Shown: positions 47,181-57,810 of the stretch, piece by piece
How positions within the stretch are numbered: position 1 is the first letter of the stretch
Layout of the letters: each line of letters starts with the position of its first letter
NCBI GenBank assembly: GCA_963666285.1
Contig: OY762711.1
Length of the DNA: 64,000 bases
Source: Sedimentisphaerales bacterium
GTDB lineage: Bacteria; Planctomycetota; Phycisphaerae; Sedimentisphaerales; SM23-30
Reading direction: 5' to 3' (one strand)
Notes under the pieces: generated by a model
Seen by the model: only the letters and a program-made list of their open reading frames with translations
What the model was told of the DNA's origin: nothing
Databases searched by the model: none
Translations under genes and position numbers: made by a program

Positions 47181-49568
47181 ATGAAAAAAATTATTTGTTT
47201 GTTTGGTATGTTAGCTATTCAGCTCATGCTGCAAGTTAGCCTTGAAGCAGGAACTGTAGCTTATTGGCGGTTTGAAGATGGTGTCGATTATACCAATCTT
47301 GAGCATACAGCAGATAATGGTGTATATGGTGCTGACGTGGCTGATGTATCGAACAACGGTAATGATTTATCAGTTTGGCAAACTGGCGATGGCGGCGGAT
47401 ATGGATACCGTGCCAACGTTGCAACTGAAAACATACCGTATACAGGTCAGGCTAATACTCTAAGTGTGAAAAACACTGGAGGCGGTCCGGCTATGTGGTG
47501 TGCTACTCAGGCAATGCAGACAATGACGCCTTCTGAATTTACTATCGAAGTTACAACTAAGCTTGAAACTGGCGGCTGGAAAACTATTATTGGTCGTGAC
47601 AGTATTGGTACTGCTACAACTAATAGTGATCTTGCGGCATTATACCTGCAGGTTACTCCTGGTAATGGCTATGCAATAAAGTTTTGTGACGTTTCAGGGT
47701 ACTGGCATGACGCGACTTCTGCAGATGGTTTACATGCCGGTTTTGATTATGGCTCAGATCCTGATGGCAATCTTGCACCATGGACAACTCTGGCAGCGGT
47801 TTCAGATGGTTCAACCCTGTCGCTTTACATGCTTCAGCATGGCAGAGACAATGGATATACCCTGATTGCACAGACAGACCTTTTAGTTGGTGGCAGCCCA
47901 GATACAAGATTGACAGCCGGAGCTGGTGATGGCGGAGACTGGGATGCGGGTAGCTGGACGGTAGGTCGTGGCCTTTACGGTGGAGGTCATGAAGACCGTG
48001 CTTATGGTTATGTTGATGAAGTTCGCATCAGCGATACTGCTTTGGCTCCAACAGAATTTCTTTATGGCCCAGATCCATATTACCCTGAAGTAGCTCAAGT
48101 TGCAGATACTGTAAATGGTGATGTAGATGTTGCATTCAGCTGGCAGGCAGCCAGTGATCCAAATGTTGCAACAACCGGTAATGCTGTACTCGACAAGATT
48201 GTTGATCAGTATGTATTTGTAAGAGACACATCTTCAGAAGACACTGCTTTCTACTATGTTGGTTCTGCCGGTGATCCTGGTACTGTTGATCCTGAATCTG
48301 CACTTACGGCAAATCTTGCTTTTGATGCTTACTACGAATGGGTAGTATTTGAATCATTTGAGTTATTGACCCTGACTGAATCCAGTACTTTGGATGATGT
48401 TGCTTCAGGTCTTACCGGTCCGGTTTGGTCTTTCCAGGCACTGTATTCTATTCCTGTAATTGCATCTCAGCCGGCTGATATGCTGATGGCAGCAGGTGAA
48501 GGTCCTGATTCTTTGAGTATCGAAGTTGAAAGCCTTAGTGATAATATTTCATATTCATGGTACAAGACAGATAGTCTGAGTAATGACAATGCTAATGGTA
48601 CCGATACTCTTGTATATAGTGTGGAAAATACTGATTCAAGAACGAACAGCCTGGTAATTAATGATCTTAGTGCATCAAACGATGGCTTCTACTACTGTGT
48701 TGTTACTAATGACAGTGGTGTTGATGTTGTTTCTGATGTTGCTATGCTGGAAGTAGAAAGACTGGTTGCTTATTATGAATTTGAAGAAAGCATTCTTGAT
48801 TCTGAAAATGATAATGACGGCTGGTTAAGTGTTGGTGATCCTAATCAGACTATTGCCTATTCTGCTGGTAAAGTTGGTATGGGTGCAAGTCTTAACGGAG
48901 TGGATACTTCTGTTTCAGTTCCACGTACGCTAACAAACAGTATGACAATTGAATTCTGGGTAAAGACAACTCAAGTTGGTACTGTTGGAAACGGCTGGTT
49001 TGATGGTATTGGTCTTGTTGACGCTGAAGTATCCGGTTATAATAGAGCTGATTTTGGTGTATCTCTTCGTGGCGGTAAGGTGACATTTGGTGTCAGCAGT
49101 CTGGCTGGTCCATACACTAGCCTTGATTCAGTAAGTGCCGTTAATGACGGCATCTGGCACTATTGTGCGGTAACTCGTGATGCTGATACCGGGGAGATCA
49201 AGGTTTATGTTGATGGTATTCATGAGTCAACCGCAACAGCTCCTCTTGGCAGAGAAGTTACCCCGACATCAATACGTATAGGTGCTATTGGTGTGGATGG
49301 TGTTACTGCGGATGGAACTGTAATTGAAACCGGTATTTCACGTAACCTGCTTGGCGAAATTGACGAAGTTAAACTTTACAATTATGCTTTGGATGAGTTG
49401 GCTATTGCAGGCAACTATGTTGCAGTTGAAGGCGGCAATGTGTGTGTTGCTTCAATGCGTCCTGAAAGCAAGTATGATTTAAATGGTGACTGTAAAGTTG
49501 ACCTGGAAGATTTTGCTGATTTTGCATCTGGCTGGCTGACATGCGGTTACTATCCTGTATGTGAATAA
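47181..49568 (+). CDS. Secreted protein with two LamG domains, an Ig-like domain and a C-terminal dockerin-like motif
   Basis: Signal peptide; VAYWRFE...GYVDEVRISD; QP...Y.W...DGFYYCVVTN; VAYYEFE...WHYCAVT...GEIDEVKLY; YDLNGDCKVDLEDF; AAGGAG RBS. Confidence 0.88.
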   Translation: MKKIICLFGMLAIQLMLQVSLEAGTVAYWRFEDGVDYTNLEHTADNGVYGADVADVSNNGNDLSVWQTGDGGGYGYRANVATENIPYTGQANTLSVKNTGGGPAMWCATQAMQTMTPSEFTIEVTTKLETGGWKTIIGRDSIGTATTNSDLAALYLQVTPGNGYAIKFCDVSGYWHDATSADGLHAGFDYGSDPDGNLAPWTTLAAVSDGSTLSLYMLQHGRDNGYTLIAQTDLLVGGSPDTRLTAGAGDGGDWDAGSWTVGRGLYGGGHEDRAYGYVDEVRISDTALAPTEFLYGPDPYYPEVAQVADTVNGDVDVAFSWQAASDPNVATTGNAVLDKIVDQYVFVRDTSSEDTAFYYVGSAGDPGTVDPESALTANLAFDAYYEWVVFESFELLTLTESSTLDDVASGLTGPVWSFQALYSIPVIASQPADMLMAAGEGPDSLSIEVESLSDNISYSWYKTDSLSNDNANGTDTLVYSVENTDSRTNSLVINDLSASNDGFYYCVVTNDSGVDVVSDVAMLEVERLVAYYEFEESILDSENDNDGWLSVGDPNQTIAYSAGKVGMGASLNGVDTSVSVPRTLTNSMTIEFWVKTTQVGTVGNGWFDGIGLVDAEVSGYNRADFGVSLRGGKVTFGVSSLAGPYTSLDSVSAVNDGIWHYCAVTRDADTGEIKVYVDGIHESTATAPLGREVTPTSIRIGAIGVDGVTADGTVIETGISRNLLGEIDEVKLYNYALDELAIAGNYVAVEGGNVCVASMRPESKYDLNGDCKVDLEDFADFASGWLTCGYYPVCE

Positions 49569-49600
49569 TCCAATTATCAATTTTATATTTAATCTATACC

Positions 49601-49632
49601 CAGATGGAGGGACTTGTGCCCTCCATCTGTTT
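49601..49632 (+). terminator. Rho-independent terminator
   Basis: CAGATGGAGGG-loop-CCCTCCATCTG-TTT. Confidence 0.7.
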
Positions 49633-50206
49633 ATATAGAAAGCAAATGAGAGTGGTGAGTCGAAATGATACAAATCTTTGGTTTATATAGGTATAAAGTG
49701 AATATCTGTTCTAGTGGCAATTGCGATTAAGCCTCAAAACATGAGCAATTGAATGTCTTTGGAGAGCAATTCTCCAAAATACAGCAAGCTGCTGTTTTTA
49801 CAGGAGTTCGATAAGGTCAAATATGTAAGCATAGTGATATTTTTCAAATCTAATCATTGAATATTTCATAGAGTCTGCTTATAATTACTTATCGATACTT
49901 TGGATGGACAGGTGAAAATTTTATCCTGGCTGTGCATAGCTAAAAAGTTGTGATCTGGCATATTGCCAGAGGATATAATAATTTCTGTTTTTTTTAATAA
50001 TATTCTCTTAAACACAGGATTTTATTTTCTGAAAATTTAATTTAATATCAGTATGAATTTCACAGTTCTATATTTTCTGACAGTTAATAACTTCTGGTAT
50101 GGAAAGAGAAAAGGATTTTGTAGTTTAATATTGTTTTAAGTTTTTTATTGTCTAGTGAAGATTGTTGTACGCAGCATGGATTCACAAAATATTATTGGAG
50201 ACTAAT

Positions 50207-52813
50207 ATGAAGTTAAAAAGTATTGTAAAGTTGATTCTTTGTGCTTGTGTTGCCGGATTGACTATTTCCGGGCCGGTTTCTGCTGTGACTGAAACTATTA
50301 CACCGCCTGCGATTCCGCTGGTGGCTTGTGACCCATATTTTAGTATCTGGTCAAATACCGATGCTCTTAATGAAGGTGTAACAAGGCACTGGACAGGAAG
50401 GCCGCATCCGATTACATCATTAGTAAGTGTTGATGGCAAAGCTTTTCGCCTTATGGGTGAAAAGCCGTCTGCATTAGATGCCATGAAACAGGTTGCAGTT
50501 GAAGTTCTTCCAACGCAGACTATTTACACCTTTGAAGGTGCCGGTGTAAGCGTCAAGATGACTTTTCTTCAGGCTGCATTACCGGATGATATTGATCTGA
50601 TGAGTCGACCTGTTGTGTATCTTACCTGGGATATAAGCTCTCTGGATAAGAAAAAGCATCAGGTTTCGGTTTATTTTGATGCAGCAATGGATCTGGTTGT
50701 AAACGATCAGGCTCAGCGTGTATCATGGGGCGAAGAAAAAATTTGGGGGATGAAAACCTTAAAAGCTGGTTCTGTAAGTCAGAATATTCTTGGCCGAAAA
50801 GGTGATAATGTTCGTATCGACTGGGGTTATTTCTATCTTTCATCAGCTAATAATCAAAAAGCAGACGCTACAATAGCCAGACCGGAAACATGTCGTGACA
50901 GTTTTGTTAGCGGTTCTGATATGCCGGAGCAGATTTCTTATATTGAAGAGTGTACAGTTGAAGATGACAGCTGTCCGGTAATGGCAATGCAGTTTAGCAG
51001 AAAAGTAAAGTCTTCCGGTACTCAGTCCTGCCAGGTCATATTGGCCTATGATGATCTTGAGTCTGTATTATATTTTGGCCAGAATCTTTCTGCGTACTGG
51101 AAAAAAGATGGAAAAACAATAGATAAGGTTATCAGAGAAGCGTCAAAGGACTACAGGTCAATAGCTCGTCGCTGTGCTGCATTTGATGCCGAACTTATTG
51201 AAGATTTGAAAGCTGCAGGGGGCGATGATTATGTTATTATTGGTAACCTGGCATATCGTCAGGCTTTAGCTGCCAATAAGATTGTTGCAGATAAAAAAGG
51301 CATGCCTCTGATGTTCAGCAAGGAAAACTTCAGTAACGGCTGTATGGGGACTGTAGATGTATTCTATCCATTTGCACCTCAGGTGCTGCTGCTGAACCCA
51401 ACTCTGGCTAAGGCTTCATTTGTGCCAATTCTGGAATATGGTCGCTCTGAACGCTGGAGGTTTCCATTTGCTCCACATGATATTGGTACTTATCCTCATG
51501 CTATGGGTCAGGTATACGGTGGTGGAGAACGCACTGAAGATAACCAGATGCCGGTTGAAGAATGCGGCAATATGATCCTGCTGGTTGGTGCTGTTGTTCA
51601 GGCTGAAAATGATATCAAATTTGCCCGTCAGTACTGGGATGTTTTGACCGTTTGGGCAGAATACCTGAAGAGCAAAGGATTGGATCCGGAAAATCAGCTC
51701 TGTACTGACGATTTTGCCGGTCATCTTGCTCACAATGTAAACCTTTCCGTTAAAGCTATTGTTGCCCTTGGTGCTTATGCCAAGATGGCTGTTATGATGG
51801 GTGAAACTGAAACCGCAAAATCTTACCGCAACACAGCAGAACAATACACAAAACAGTGGATGGAAATGGCTGATGATGGTGATCATTACCGTTTGGCTTT
51901 TGATAAGCCGGGTACTTGGAGCCAGAAATACAATCTGGTTTGGGATCGGCTGTTAGGGCTTAAACTGTTTCCGGAATCTGTTGCCAAAAAGGAAATGGCT
52001 TATTATAGAAAAGTTCAGAATGAGTACGGTCTGCCTCTGGACAACCGCAGCAAGTACACAAAACTTGACTGGATCATCTGGACCGCTTCAATTACCGGTA
52101 ATAAAGATGACTTTGAAGCATTAGCAGCTCCGATTGTTAAATTTCTTGATAAAACTCCTGACAGGGTGCCTATGACTGACTGGTACTGGACTCATGATGC
52201 AAGACATCGCGGTTTCCAGGCTCGTCCGGTTGTCGGTGGTGTATTTATTCGTCTTATGGATAATGCTAAAGTCTGGAATAAATGGGTTAAACGTGCTGAT
52301 TCTGTTGACGGTACATGGGCTAAGCTGCCAAAACCTCCAAAGATAGTTGATATAGTTCCTATGTCAATTGATGAACATTATGACTGGTTCTATACTTTTG
52401 ATGCTCCAAAAGATAACAACTGGTTTGCTGCAGATTTTGATCCGGCAGCTGCCGGATGGAAAACCGGTAAGGCTGGTTTTGGTACCAATGGAACTCCTGG
52501 TGCCTACCTTGGTACTGAATGGAACTCATCGGATATCTGGGTTACCAGGAAATTTGAACTTGGCAAGCTGGCTTGTCGTCCAATGCTGCTGGCTCACCAT
52601 GATGAAGATGCAGAAGTTTACATAAACGGTATTTTAGCTGCAAAACTGCTTGGATTCACCGGTTCTGGGCAACCGTTTAAGCTAACAGATAAAGCGTACA
52701 AGTCTTTGAAAGAAGGTACTAATACGATTTCAATTCATTGTCATCAGACAACCGGCGGACAGTATATTGATGCCGGTTTAGTTGAAGTTATTCCTCAAAA
52801 GCAGGATGATTAG
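50207..52813 (+). CDS. Glutaminase A (GtaA)-like protein (DUF4965/DUF5127-type) with C-terminal beta-sandwich; probable glycoside hydrolase
   Basis: PA.PL...DPYFSIWS, FSKENFSNGC..TVDV, HDIGTYP, MPVEECGNM, QLCTDDFAG, WSQKYNL.WD, GLPLDNR, ARPVVGG; ATG at 50207 after GGAG. Confidence 0.82.
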   Translation: MKLKSIVKLILCACVAGLTISGPVSAVTETITPPAIPLVACDPYFSIWSNTDALNEGVTRHWTGRPHPITSLVSVDGKAFRLMGEKPSALDAMKQVAVEVLPTQTIYTFEGAGVSVKMTFLQAALPDDIDLMSRPVVYLTWDISSLDKKKHQVSVYFDAAMDLVVNDQAQRVSWGEEKIWGMKTLKAGSVSQNILGRKGDNVRIDWGYFYLSSANNQKADATIARPETCRDSFVSGSDMPEQISYIEECTVEDDSCPVMAMQFSRKVKSSGTQSCQVILAYDDLESVLYFGQNLSAYWKKDGKTIDKVIREASKDYRSIARRCAAFDAELIEDLKAAGGDDYVIIGNLAYRQALAANKIVADKKGMPLMFSKENFSNGCMGTVDVFYPFAPQVLLLNPTLAKASFVPILEYGRSERWRFPFAPHDIGTYPHAMGQVYGGGERTEDNQMPVEECGNMILLVGAVVQAENDIKFARQYWDVLTVWAEYLKSKGLDPENQLCTDDFAGHLAHNVNLSVKAIVALGAYAKMAVMMGETETAKSYRNTAEQYTKQWMEMADDGDHYRLAFDKPGTWSQKYNLVWDRLLGLKLFPESVAKKEMAYYRKVQNEYGLPLDNRSKYTKLDWIIWTASITGNKDDFEALAAPIVKFLDKTPDRVPMTDWYWTHDARHRGFQARPVVGGVFIRLMDNAKVWNKWVKRADSVDGTWAKLPKPPKIVDIVPMSIDEHYDWFYTFDAPKDNNWFAADFDPAAAGWKTGKAGFGTNGTPGAYLGTEWNSSDIWVTRKFELGKLACRPMLLAHHDEDAEVYINGILAAKLLGFTGSGQPFKLTDKAYKSLKEGTNTISIHCHQTTGGQYIDAGLVEVIPQKQDD

Positions 52814-52898
52814 AATAATCTGCTTTGAGGTTTGTCAGGAATGATTGAATCGTTAAGGCGATATTACTGAATGATAAGTTAATATAGTTAAAAAAGCA

Positions 52899-52942
52899 TA
52901 AGGGTGGACTTTCTGATATTGCAGATCGTCCGCCCTTAATTT
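52899..52942 (+). terminator. Probable terminator
   Basis: TAAGGGTGGAC...GTCCGCCCTTA inverted repeat downstream of the stop codon. Confidence 0.5.
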
Positions 52943-53165
52943 GTTAAATTATCCTAACAAGAAACAAGTAAAAAAACGTATATATACATTATGTAATAGT
53001 TTATGCTGGAGGAAGTAACTGATATCTAGTAAACAATTAAACTGTATGAAAAAAGCAGATTATGTTGGCAAAAGAATTTATTGAGCTGATACGGATGAAT
53101 TAAAACCATAAGTAGTGTAATTTTAGTGAAAGTTGCAGTAAGAAGAATTAGATTAGGAGTCTAAA

Positions 53166-55610
53166 ATGAAAACAACAAGAATGATTTTGGTTTTTTTTGT
53201 GTTAATGGCAAGTTCTATGGCATATTCTGCCCAGAATGTAAAAGTTGATATCTTTACTAAACAGGTGGGACCTGATTTGAGTCCTGAACTGTACGGCCTG
53301 TTTTTTGAAGATATTAATTTTGCCGCAGATGGTGGTCTTTATGCTGAGTTAGTCCAGAACAGGTCTTTTGAATATTACCCGGTAGAAGGTGGAAACAGGC
53401 TTAGCAGGCAATATCAACCTCTATTTGCCTGGGAAAAGGTTGAAAAAGGTGGTGGCCGCTGTAGTTTGCAGGTTGATAAAATAATACCACTGAATCGGAA
53501 TAACCCAAATTATCTTGTTATAAGAATAGAGCAGCCGGGTGATGGCGTAGGGGTAAAGAATAGCGGTTTTCAGGGAATTTGTTTGGATAAAGGGGAAAAA
53601 TATGATTTTTCATTTTATGCCCGCAGAACCGGCCGTGGCGGAGCTCCAGTCAGTGTAAGCCTGGTTGATGGAGAAGGAAATGAATGTGGTTCCGTATCTT
53701 TTGATCGTATCATAAATGACTGGCGTAAATATGAGGCGGTTATTACTTCTGATAAAACTGTTGATGATGCATCTTTAGTAATCACAACTAAAGGTAATGG
53801 CACTCTTTATCTCGATATGGTGTCATTGTTTCCTCAGAAAACGTATAATAACAGGAAAAATGGGCTGAGAGCGGACCTGGTACAGGCACTGAAGGATTTG
53901 AATCCTAAGTTCTTCCGCTTTCCGGGAGGCTGTATTGTTCACGGTCATGGTCTGGAAAATGCATATCGCTGGAAAGACAGTGTAGGGGATGTTGCCGAGA
54001 GAAAAGGAAACTGGAACCGCTGGGGCTACCATCAGACATATGGTTTGGGTTACTTTGAATATATGCAGTTATGCGAAGATATTGGTGCGACTCCATTGCC
54101 TGTACTGCCGGTTGGTGTGTCCTGTGGCTTTAATGATCCGTATCAGTGTGTGCCGATGGATGAGCTTCAGCCATGGATTGATGATGCTGTTGACCTGATA
54201 GAATTTGCCAATGGTCCAACCACGAGTAAATGGGGTAAACTTCGTAGTAAAATGGGCCATCCTGAACCATTTAATCTGAAATATATTTGTCTGGGAAATG
54301 AAGAGCATGACAGGCGTGAATTCCATGAACGAATGCCTTTGTTTGTAGAAGCGGTAAGAAAAGCCCATCCGGAGATCAAAATACTCGGTACTTCGGGCCT
54401 TAGTGCCAATATTCCGATGTATTCTTTTATGAAAGATCTAGGAGTTTACAGCTCAGATGAACATTATTATGAAAGCCCTGAATGGTTTATCAATAATGCC
54501 AGAAGGTTTGACTCATTTGACAGAAGCGGGCCTAAAATATTTGTTGGTGAATATGCCTCGCATTCAAATATGGGTAATGCCATGTATAATGCTGTTTCAG
54601 AAGCAGCGTTTCTTACCGGTGTTGAGAGAAATGGTGATATCGTTGATATGACCTGCTATGCTCCGCTTTTTGCCAAGTATGAGCGTACTCAATGGGCGGC
54701 AGCGGATTTGATCTGGTTTACTAATCGTGAAGTGGTAAAAACGCCAAGCTATTATGTTCAGCAGATGTTTGGCTGCAATAAAGGAGATATGTATCTGCCG
54801 ACTAAGATTTCTAAGATGGCTTCTGCGGCACCTGAAACTGTTTCAGGTTGGGTTGGCATAGCCACATGGAGCACATCTATTGAAGTTGAAAGTGCTTATG
54901 TACAGGATAATAAAATTGATTTTAACAACATCAAAGTTTTGAGTGGCGATTTTGTGTTCAAGGTAAAAAATCTAGCTCAAATGAACCCAGATATTCAGCC
55001 GGCAATGGGTGTTTTTCCTGACAAATATGATTCTGATATTGTTGTTTACAAAGTCAGGGCTAAAAAGCTGCGTGGCGATGAAGGGTTTCTAATAGTTTTT
55101 GGCTATGAAAATGATAACAACTATTACTGGTGGAATGTTGGTGGTTGGAATAATACCCAGCATGCGATTGAAAAAGCTGTTGATGGTCAAAAATCAACTT
55201 TAATATCAAGAAACGGTTCTATCGAGACTGGCAAATGGTATGACCTTAGGGTAGAGCTTTCGCCTGGAAGGATTAAATGCTTTATTGATGACCAAATAAT
55301 TCACGATTGTGAACTTGAAAGACCGGAAATTTTTGCCGGATCAGCAATAGATAAAAAGAATAATGCTGTAATTGTTAAACTGGTAAATCCAACAGAAGAA
55401 GATGTTACTGCAAAGATTAACCTGGATGGTGTTCGTGAGTCTGATATGTCTGCAAAAGTACTTGAATTGACAGGTAAACGCAGTGATATCAATAACCTGG
55501 AGAATCCGGATAATGTTAAGACGCAAGAAAGTAGCATAAAAGTAGGCAGTCAGTTTGAAAGTCCGCTGCCGGCATGTTCAGTAAAGATGATAATAGTTGA
55601 TTTGAAATAA
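53166..55610 (+). CDS. GH51 alpha-L-arabinofuranosidase, secreted
   Basis: YGLFFEDIN.AADGGLYAELVQNRSFE, RFPGGC, LGNEE, DEHYY, FVGEYA, YAPLF. Confidence 0.93.
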   Translation: MKTTRMILVFFVLMASSMAYSAQNVKVDIFTKQVGPDLSPELYGLFFEDINFAADGGLYAELVQNRSFEYYPVEGGNRLSRQYQPLFAWEKVEKGGGRCSLQVDKIIPLNRNNPNYLVIRIEQPGDGVGVKNSGFQGICLDKGEKYDFSFYARRTGRGGAPVSVSLVDGEGNECGSVSFDRIINDWRKYEAVITSDKTVDDASLVITTKGNGTLYLDMVSLFPQKTYNNRKNGLRADLVQALKDLNPKFFRFPGGCIVHGHGLENAYRWKDSVGDVAERKGNWNRWGYHQTYGLGYFEYMQLCEDIGATPLPVLPVGVSCGFNDPYQCVPMDELQPWIDDAVDLIEFANGPTTSKWGKLRSKMGHPEPFNLKYICLGNEEHDRREFHERMPLFVEAVRKAHPEIKILGTSGLSANIPMYSFMKDLGVYSSDEHYYESPEWFINNARRFDSFDRSGPKIFVGEYASHSNMGNAMYNAVSEAAFLTGVERNGDIVDMTCYAPLFAKYERTQWAAADLIWFTNREVVKTPSYYVQQMFGCNKGDMYLPTKISKMASAAPETVSGWVGIATWSTSIEVESAYVQDNKIDFNNIKVLSGDFVFKVKNLAQMNPDIQPAMGVFPDKYDSDIVVYKVRAKKLRGDEGFLIVFGYENDNNYYWWNVGGWNNTQHAIEKAVDGQKSTLISRNGSIETGKWYDLRVELSPGRIKCFIDDQIIHDCELERPEIFAGSAIDKKNNAVIVKLVNPTEEDVTAKINLDGVRESDMSAKVLELTGKRSDINNLENPDNVKTQESSIKVGSQFESPLPACSVKMIIVDLK

Positions 55611-55631
55611 TAGTATTGTGGAGATTATGTA

Positions 55632-57710
55632 ATGAAAAAAATGTTATTGTTTGTATTACTTCTGATTTTTTCAGCGTCGCTGCCTGCCCAGACAGGCGGC
55701 GATGCATTATATCTTTTTAATCGGGCACCTTTACTTGATAAGCCCTATACAGAGCTGCCTTTAGGGTCAGTTTCGCCTGAAGGCTGGCTGGAAGATGAGC
55801 TAAAACGTATGGCAAATGGTATGACCGGCCATCTGGATGAATGGTACCCGGAGGTTTGTGGTCCGCGAAATGCGTGGCTGGGTGGTGATGGTGATACCTG
55901 GGAAAGAGGTCCATACTGGATCGATGGTTTATATCCGCTGGCTAAACTGCTGAAAGATAAAGAGCTTGAGCAGAAAGCTCAGAAATGGGTAGATTGGACA
56001 TTGAATAACCAGCGTGAAGATGGTTATATTGGTCCAAGGCCGTTTGGTCCAGACGGCCCTCCAAAGAATCCGCCAAGAGGAGCCCAGGTGGAAGAGCCGG
56101 AAGACTGGTGGCCGAGAATGGTCATGCTGAAAATACTGCAGCAGCATTATATGGCGACCGGAGACAAGCGTGTAATTGACGTTATGACTAAGTATTTCCG
56201 TTACCAGCTTGAGCATTTGCCGGATGAACCTTTGGAAGCTCCTCGTGGTGGTAAAGGCGGCAGCTGGTGGGCTCGCCAGCGTGGCGGCGATAACCTTATG
56301 TCAGTATTGTGGTTGTATAATGTAACAGGTGATAAGTTTCTTCTCGAACTGGCAGATATCCTGTATAAACAGACATTACCCTGGACAGATTTATTTCTTG
56401 AAGGCGAAATTCTGGCTGTTCAAATGGAGTCACCGGCAGACCCGTACGGAAGGCATGTACTACACTGTGTAAATCTTGCCCAGGGTATAAAAACCCCGGC
56501 TATCCGATATCAGCAGGATAAATCCCCAGTTCAGCTAGATGCGTTAAAAAAAGCATTTAATGATATTCATGCGTATCACGGACAGCCGACAGGTTTGTAT
56601 GGTGGTGATGAAGAAATGCATGGTCCCGGACTTGATAGAGGTTCGGAATTCTGTACAGCAGTTGAGATGATGTTTTCGCTGGAAAAGATGATAGAAATTA
56701 CCGGTGATGTTCAGTTTGCTGATCACCTGGAGAAAATAGCTTATAATGCTTTGCCAACCCAGGCGAGCGATGATTATTATACCCGTCAGTATTTTCAGCA
56801 GTCTAACCAGGTATTGATTACCGCCGGTGACAGATCATTTGAAGATGATGGCGGATATAGAAATGTAAGCGGGCTGTTGCAGGGCTACCCGTGTTGTACT
56901 TGTAATTTTCATCAGGGCTGGCCAAAGTTTATCCAGCATATGTGGATGGCTTCGATTGACAGGGGGCTGGCAGCGATGGCGTATGGTCCAAGTACCATAA
57001 CAGCAAAAGTATCGAACGGGCAGGAAGTTACGATAAAAGAAGAAACTTACTATCCGTTTGAAGATACTATAAGGTTTACGGTCAGTGCCGGGGGAGAAGT
57101 TAAATTCCCGTTACATCTGCGAGTACCAGGCTGGTGTAATAATTCCAGGATAACAGTAAACGGTAAAGTTATGCCGCAGACTAAAGCAGGCCAGATAGCA
57201 ATTTTGAAGCGTACCTGGCAAGATGGTGATACGGTAGTGGTAACTTTGCCAATGGAGCTTAGAAAATCATACTGGTACCACCGTTCTGCTGCGATAGAGC
57301 GTGGTCCGCTGGTGTATGCCCTGCGAGTTGAGGAAGACTGGTCAGAGATATATCAGCCTGCTCCTGAAGGTGTTCCGGCAGATGGTATGCATCGCGGTTA
57401 TCGTGAATGCAGACCGGGTACGCCCTGGAATTATGCTTTGCTGAGAGATACACTGGATAACCTGGACAATAAAGTCAAGGTTATCGAGACAGGTAAAACG
57501 GAAGCTAACCCATGGAATCTTGAGAATGCCCCGATTGAGCTGGAAGTACCCGGGATAAGGCTGCCATACTGGACGATTTATAACAATTCAGCCGGTCCGG
57601 TACCGCTGTGTCCGGTAGAAAAGCCGGCAAATGCAGAATTAGAGACAATTAAGCTGGTTCCATATGGTTGTACTACATTGCGAATAAGTGGTTTTCCATG
57701 GATATGGTAA
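55632..57710 (+). CDS. GH127/GH146-like beta-L-arabinofuranosidase (Cys/Zn type), secreted
   Basis: P.GWL...L...A.G.TGHL, WER.PYW.DG, HCVN, GSEFCTAVE, LEKIAYNALP, YPCCTCN, ERGPLVYAL. Confidence 0.87.
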   Translation: MKKMLLFVLLLIFSASLPAQTGGDALYLFNRAPLLDKPYTELPLGSVSPEGWLEDELKRMANGMTGHLDEWYPEVCGPRNAWLGGDGDTWERGPYWIDGLYPLAKLLKDKELEQKAQKWVDWTLNNQREDGYIGPRPFGPDGPPKNPPRGAQVEEPEDWWPRMVMLKILQQHYMATGDKRVIDVMTKYFRYQLEHLPDEPLEAPRGGKGGSWWARQRGGDNLMSVLWLYNVTGDKFLLELADILYKQTLPWTDLFLEGEILAVQMESPADPYGRHVLHCVNLAQGIKTPAIRYQQDKSPVQLDALKKAFNDIHAYHGQPTGLYGGDEEMHGPGLDRGSEFCTAVEMMFSLEKMIEITGDVQFADHLEKIAYNALPTQASDDYYTRQYFQQSNQVLITAGDRSFEDDGGYRNVSGLLQGYPCCTCNFHQGWPKFIQHMWMASIDRGLAAMAYGPSTITAKVSNGQEVTIKEETYYPFEDTIRFTVSAGGEVKFPLHLRVPGWCNNSRITVNGKVMPQTKAGQIAILKRTWQDGDTVVVTLPMELRKSYWYHRSAAIERGPLVYALRVEEDWSEIYQPAPEGVPADGMHRGYRECRPGTPWNYALLRDTLDNLDNKVKVIETGKTEANPWNLENAPIELEVPGIRLPYWTIYNNSAGPVPLCPVEKPANAELETIKLVPYGCTTLRISGFPWIW

Positions 57711-57810
57711 AGTTATAAAAGACTTTACAAAGTATATGTGACATTTATAGAATATAAAGTATTGTTTTTGCTACAACTTAATGCAACATTGAAAAAGTAC
57801 GGAGATCGAA

